From Patescibacteria group bacterium UBA4664 (lineage in GTDB: Bacteria; Patescibacteriota; Saccharimonadia; CAILAD01; BJGX01): DNA of 64,000 bases. The notes under the pieces were generated by a model. That model searched no databases. It saw only the letters and a list, made by a program, of their open reading frames with translations, and was not told the DNA's origin. Position numbers and translations under genes: made by a program. Location: contig CALRCL010000001.1 of assembly GCA_943354575.1 (NCBI GenBank), forward strand, positions 2,934 through 66,933. The letters run 5' to 3'. Shown here one piece after another: positions 60,732 through 64,000 of this stretch (position 1 is the stretch's first letter; each line of letters starts with the position of its first letter).

Positions 60732-61765
60732 ACCAAAGCCATTTCCTTGGGCTGGTAGTCGTGTGGGGCTCTAGCTAGAAGGTTGAGTAGTTTCTGCTTT
60801 GGAAGTAGGCCGGCCTGTGCACCGAGTTGCTGGACGACACTCATGGGGTTTATGGGTGCCCAGCGAAGAGCAGTCTGGATATTTTCGCCACTGGCGATGG
60901 CTGCAACAAAAGTAGATGTATAGGCGTCGCCACAGCCGGTTCGGTCGAAGGGCTTTTTGGGGTCTGGGTAATTGCGCATACTATAGATTTTAGTACCATC
61001 GCTAGCGTAGCTACCCTTAGGACCATCAGTAACAACAACTACCTTGGGGCCAAGGCCATGAAGCAGCCTAATCAGCTTTGCAACATCGGTGCTATCACTG
61101 CCAGTGACAGTTTGGGCTTCTTCTAGATTTACAGCAAATATTTCGGTTTTTTGATATATTCTACGAAGTTTATTGACTCCCTCGCGAATTTGAAAAGTGC
61201 CGGGCTGAAAGGCTAGTTTTACGTCTGGGTTTTGCTCTAGGTAGCTAGCGATATGTTCATGGATGTGTTTGGCTTTCTCTCCAATCGAGCTTAGATATAT
61301 CCAACTCGGTTTTTTGCTTGAGCTAATTTGAGGCCAGCGATATGGGTATGCCTCGTGTTTAATCAAAATCGTACGATCGGCGCCATAGGACAAGACATAA
61401 TGATAGTTGCTACTCATGCCCCTATTGATAAAAACAAATTCGGTCGACACCTTGCGTGCCTGCAGACTCAAAAGTATTTCCTCGCCAACCTTATCATCGC
61501 CGATGTTGGCGTACAGACTAGAGTTAAGACCTAGAGTCGCAAAGCAAACAGCTGCATTAGGGCTATTGCCAACTCCATTTATTATAGTTGCTTTTTCGAA
61601 GGGCACCTTTGTACCAAATGTCATGCAGAGTAGTGGATGGTGCGAGCCAGGGTGCTCTACACTTGCTTCATGTGGTAATAGTTTTATAAATGCGTCCGTA
61701 ACAACATCTCCGATGCTTAATATATCTACTTTATGATCCACCTTATAAACCTCCTGTTTGAACAT
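60728..61765 (-). CDS. PfkB-family carbohydrate/nucleoside kinase
   Basis: C-terminal GCGDAYTSTFVAAIASG (PfkB signature 2) and an N-terminal GG-type lid region. Confidence 0.7.
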   Translation of the reverse strand: MFKQEVYKVDHKVDILSIGDVVTDAFIKLLPHEASVEHPGSHHPLLCMTFGTKVPFEKATIINGVGNSPNAAVCFATLGLNSSLYANIGDDKVGEEILLSLQARKVSTEFVFINRGMSSNYHYVLSYGADRTILIKHEAYPYRWPQISSSKKPSWIYLSSIGEKAKHIHEHIASYLEQNPDVKLAFQPGTFQIREGVNKLRRIYQKTEIFAVNLEEAQTVTGSDSTDVAKLIRLLHGLGPKVVVVTDGPKGSYASDGTKIYSMRNYPDPKKPFDRTGCGDAYTSTFVAAIASGENIQTALRWAPINPMSVVQQLGAQAGLLPKQKLLNLLARAPHDYQPKEMALV

Positions 61766-62705
61766 TCATAGTTCTTAATGCTGGTTTTTTTAATATTCCT
61801 GCTCTTGCGCCAAATACTTCTAGTACTGAGCAAGTGTTGGCACTTGCAAATGTAAGGGCTTCAGGGACTGATTTTTGCTGAAAGACAGAAGCCGTATAGC
61901 TTGCCGAAAATACATCCTCAGAGCCCGTAAAATCTAGTGTATTGATATTCTTATACTGACCGCAGCTATAGAGGGTGCTATCTTCATAAGCATAAGCTTC
62001 TTTATTTATATCATACAACAAAACCGATTTTGCTCCAAGAGCGACCAGCTGTCTAATAAGCTCCGACGGTTCAGTTACCCCTCCGAATAATTCTGTTGCA
62101 AAAGCAATGGGCATCATTATCCGGTCGACACTGGACAGCACAAAGTTTAGCTGTCGGCGCTTATAACCCTTTGAGCTATTGAGGTTAAGGGCCAATTGAG
62201 CACCCTTAAGTTTTGCCCAGTTTTCAAAAAATTTATACAAGCGCAGGTCGGTCGGTAATTCTGCCATATATATCAGTCTGGCACTAAGGTCGGGAAATCT
62301 AATGTCGCTTGCCTTAAGGGCGTTAGTGGAGTTTTGGTAACCTAACTTAATTTCGTGGGATCTCTCTGTGACCAAATGTATATTCATATCGGTGTGGTGT
62401 TCAGGATTACTAACCAACAGTTCGCTCTCAAGCTCTTCGTGTTTAGCTATAATTTTAATTTGGTTAGCCAGATGGTCTTTGCCTGTCCTGGCAATGCATC
62501 CGGCCTTGATTCCCTGGCGGGCAAAAGTTATGGCTGCATTAAGTCCCGGACCACCAGCCTCATAGACAGAATGTTCGATATTGTAGCTATTGTTGTCTTG
62601 AAGCTCTAGGGCTCCGTCACTGGTAAATTGACTGGGCCTGATATCCTTGCCACTGATAAAAATGTCGAAGCCAGCCGAGCCTACCGAAATGATATCGAGG
62701 TTCAT
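61743..62705 (-). CDS. PfkB-like kinase (divergent)
   Basis: Ribokinase-like fold pattern with a degenerate signature FTGSEDVFSASYTASV. Confidence 0.5.
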   Translation of the reverse strand: MNLDIISVGSAGFDIFISGKDIRPSQFTSDGALELQDNNSYNIEHSVYEAGGPGLNAAITFARQGIKAGCIARTGKDHLANQIKIIAKHEELESELLVSNPEHHTDMNIHLVTERSHEIKLGYQNSTNALKASDIRFPDLSARLIYMAELPTDLRLYKFFENWAKLKGAQLALNLNSSKGYKRRQLNFVLSSVDRIMMPIAFATELFGGVTEPSELIRQLVALGAKSVLLYDINKEAYAYEDSTLYSCGQYKNINTLDFTGSEDVFSASYTASVFQQKSVPEALTFASANTCSVLEVFGARAGILKKPALRTMNVQTGGL

Positions 62706-63685
62706 TTTTTAACACTCCGCATCATAGCTTTGGCTGCCTTAACAATCGCCGCAGAGTCGAGCTCGTATTCTTTCCATAATTCTGTAATGGTACCAGATTG
62801 CCCAAATCTATCTTGAGTACCAAGCCGCTCGACATGAGTTGGTAGCTTGCTACTTAGTAATTCGGTCACTGCCCCGCCCAAGCCTCCGGTCACCTGAGCC
62901 TCTTCAAGGGTTATGACGCGCTTGGTCTTGGCGGCGCTAGATAGGATTGTTTCAGAATCTATCGGCTTAATGGTGTGGCAGTTAATTACTTCTACGCTTA
63001 TCGAATGTTTATCAAGATCTGCTGCTGCGAGCAAGGCCTCATAGACTAGTGGTCCGCAGGCCACTATTGTAATATCGCTGCCCTCTCTTAAAACACTAGC
63101 CTTACCAATTTCAAAGTGAGACTCGTCGGTAGTGATGACGGCAGTTTTCTCACGGGCTACTCTTAGGTAAGCTGGCTTGTCTAGTTTAGCCAAAGCAACG
63201 GTGGCGCGACGCGCTTCCTTGCTATCACAGGGCACCACCACGACCATATTTGGGAGTGCTCTCATTAATGCGATGTCTTCTAGCATCTGGTGTGTTGCGC
63301 CGTCAGGCCCAACCGAAACGCCAGAGTGGCACCCCACAATCACTACATTTCTGTCATTAAGACAAATTGTTGTACGGATTTGCTCCCAATTGCGGCCCGG
63401 GCTAAAACTAGCGTAGCTAGCTACGAACGGTTTTTTTCCCACCGCCGAGAGACCGCTAGCTAAGGTCACCAAGTTTTGTTCTGCGACACCGACCTCGATG
63501 TACCTTTCTGGAAAAGCCTTAGCAAACAGCTCCATTTGTGTCGACTCTACTAAGTCTGCGCACAATGCTACCACCAATTCGTCGTTCATACCGGCCTCGA
63601 CTAGGCCTTCGCCGAAGCCCTTTCTGTTGGGCTCATATTCTAGCTTTGCAGTATATAAATCTGGGTTGAGCTCGTAGCTATTCAT
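62702..63685 (-). CDS. transketolase, C-terminal subunit
   Basis: Pyrimidine-binding plus C-terminal transketolase domains (GFGEGLVEAG, VGVAEQNLV). Start taken at the Met preceded by AGGAG, giving an 8-nt overlap with the upstream subunit. Confidence 0.85.
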   Translation of the reverse strand: MNSYELNPDLYTAKLEYEPNRKGFGEGLVEAGMNDELVVALCADLVESTQMELFAKAFPERYIEVGVAEQNLVTLASGLSAVGKKPFVASYASFSPGRNWEQIRTTICLNDRNVVIVGCHSGVSVGPDGATHQMLEDIALMRALPNMVVVVPCDSKEARRATVALAKLDKPAYLRVAREKTAVITTDESHFEIGKASVLREGSDITIVACGPLVYEALLAAADLDKHSISVEVINCHTIKPIDSETILSSAAKTKRVITLEEAQVTGGLGGAVTELLSSKLPTHVERLGTQDRFGQSGTITELWKEYELDSAAIVKAAKAMMRSVKK

Positions 63686-64000
63686 GTTCGCTCCTGATTT
63701 TTCCATTTAGAGTACGGAGCTTTTCGAGGGCAGCTTTAGCTTGGAGAGCCTTAGGAGGGTCGCCTTCGATGTCTTTAATACCCGGGGGTATGCCATGCCA
63801 ACGGTAGTCGTACTCCATAAAATCGACTCCCTTGCCTGCTATGGTATGGGCGATAATGCAAGTGGGTTTTTCCAATATAGCTCTGCTTTGATTCAATGCA
63901 GCAATTATCTCTTCAAAATTATGGCCGTCGATTTCAATGACATGCCAATTAAAGGCTTGATACTTCATTGCGAAAGGCTCTAGGGGCATGACGTCTTCGG
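63678..64000 (-). CDS. transketolase, N-terminal (TPP-binding) subunit, 3' portion (gene continues past window end)
   Basis: C-terminal part of the TPP-binding subunit (IAHTIAGKGVDFMEYDYRWHG). The reading frame stays open to position 64000. Confidence 0.75.
   Translation of the reverse strand, partial: EDVMPLEPFAMKYQAFNWHVIEIDGHNFEEIIAALNQSRAILEKPTCIIAHTIAGKGVDFMEYDYRWHGIPPGIKDIEGDPPKALQAKAALEKLRTLNGKIRSEHE

Overview
This 64-kb window looks like a small, moderately AT-rich bacterial chromosome segment, and the gene content suggests a Saccharibacteria/CPR-like genome (inference). Most of it is densely packed housekeeping genes: recG (5' partial), tyrS, a class A PBP, yacL, radA, clpC, nusA, yraN, rnhB, rplS, dnaE, gatC-gatA-(inserted ORF)-gatB, ligA, lemA, folD, secG, uvrC, phr, uvrA, uvrB, trxB, two PfkB kinases and a split transketolase (3' partial).

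The outstanding region is 27.4-40.7 kb. A tRNA cluster (Leu, Cys on the minus strand; Phe, Gly on the plus strand) is followed by a ~12-kb AT-rich island inserted exactly at the 3' end of tRNA-Gly. The large serine recombinase's last codons are supplied by the tRNA 3' end. The island carries a putative Rep/relaxase-like protein, an RHH protein, an Xis-like HTH and a Type III restriction-modification system (mod and res). The res stop codon overlaps the start of a 494-aa protein that I read as a Cas4/RecB-like PD-(D/E)xK Fe-S nuclease fused to a DEDD-like exonuclease domain, followed by a coupled 63-aa ORF. The island ends with a divergent HTH + DUF3800 pair. The Mod-Res-dual-nuclease-small-protein operon is my best candidate for an undescribed defence module.

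The tRNA cluster plus island is bracketed by two inverted, ~90% identical ~115-bp structured elements. Each sits immediately 3' of a tRNA gene (Leu-TAA, Val-TAC) and is followed by a 15-18 nt duplicate of that tRNA's own 3' end and a terminator hairpin. I cannot assign these to a known RNA class.

Smaller oddities:
- A membrane-anchored protein with an Rx4H (HEPN-like) motif is wedged between gatA and gatB.
- A hypothetical with a ParB/Srx-like GGRHRLAA motif lies between uvrB and uvrA.
- L19 carries a ~100-aa acidic C-terminal tail.
- tRNA-Gly has a covarying U19:A56 tertiary pair.

All protein calls come from motif reading of the supplied translations; no database searches were run.
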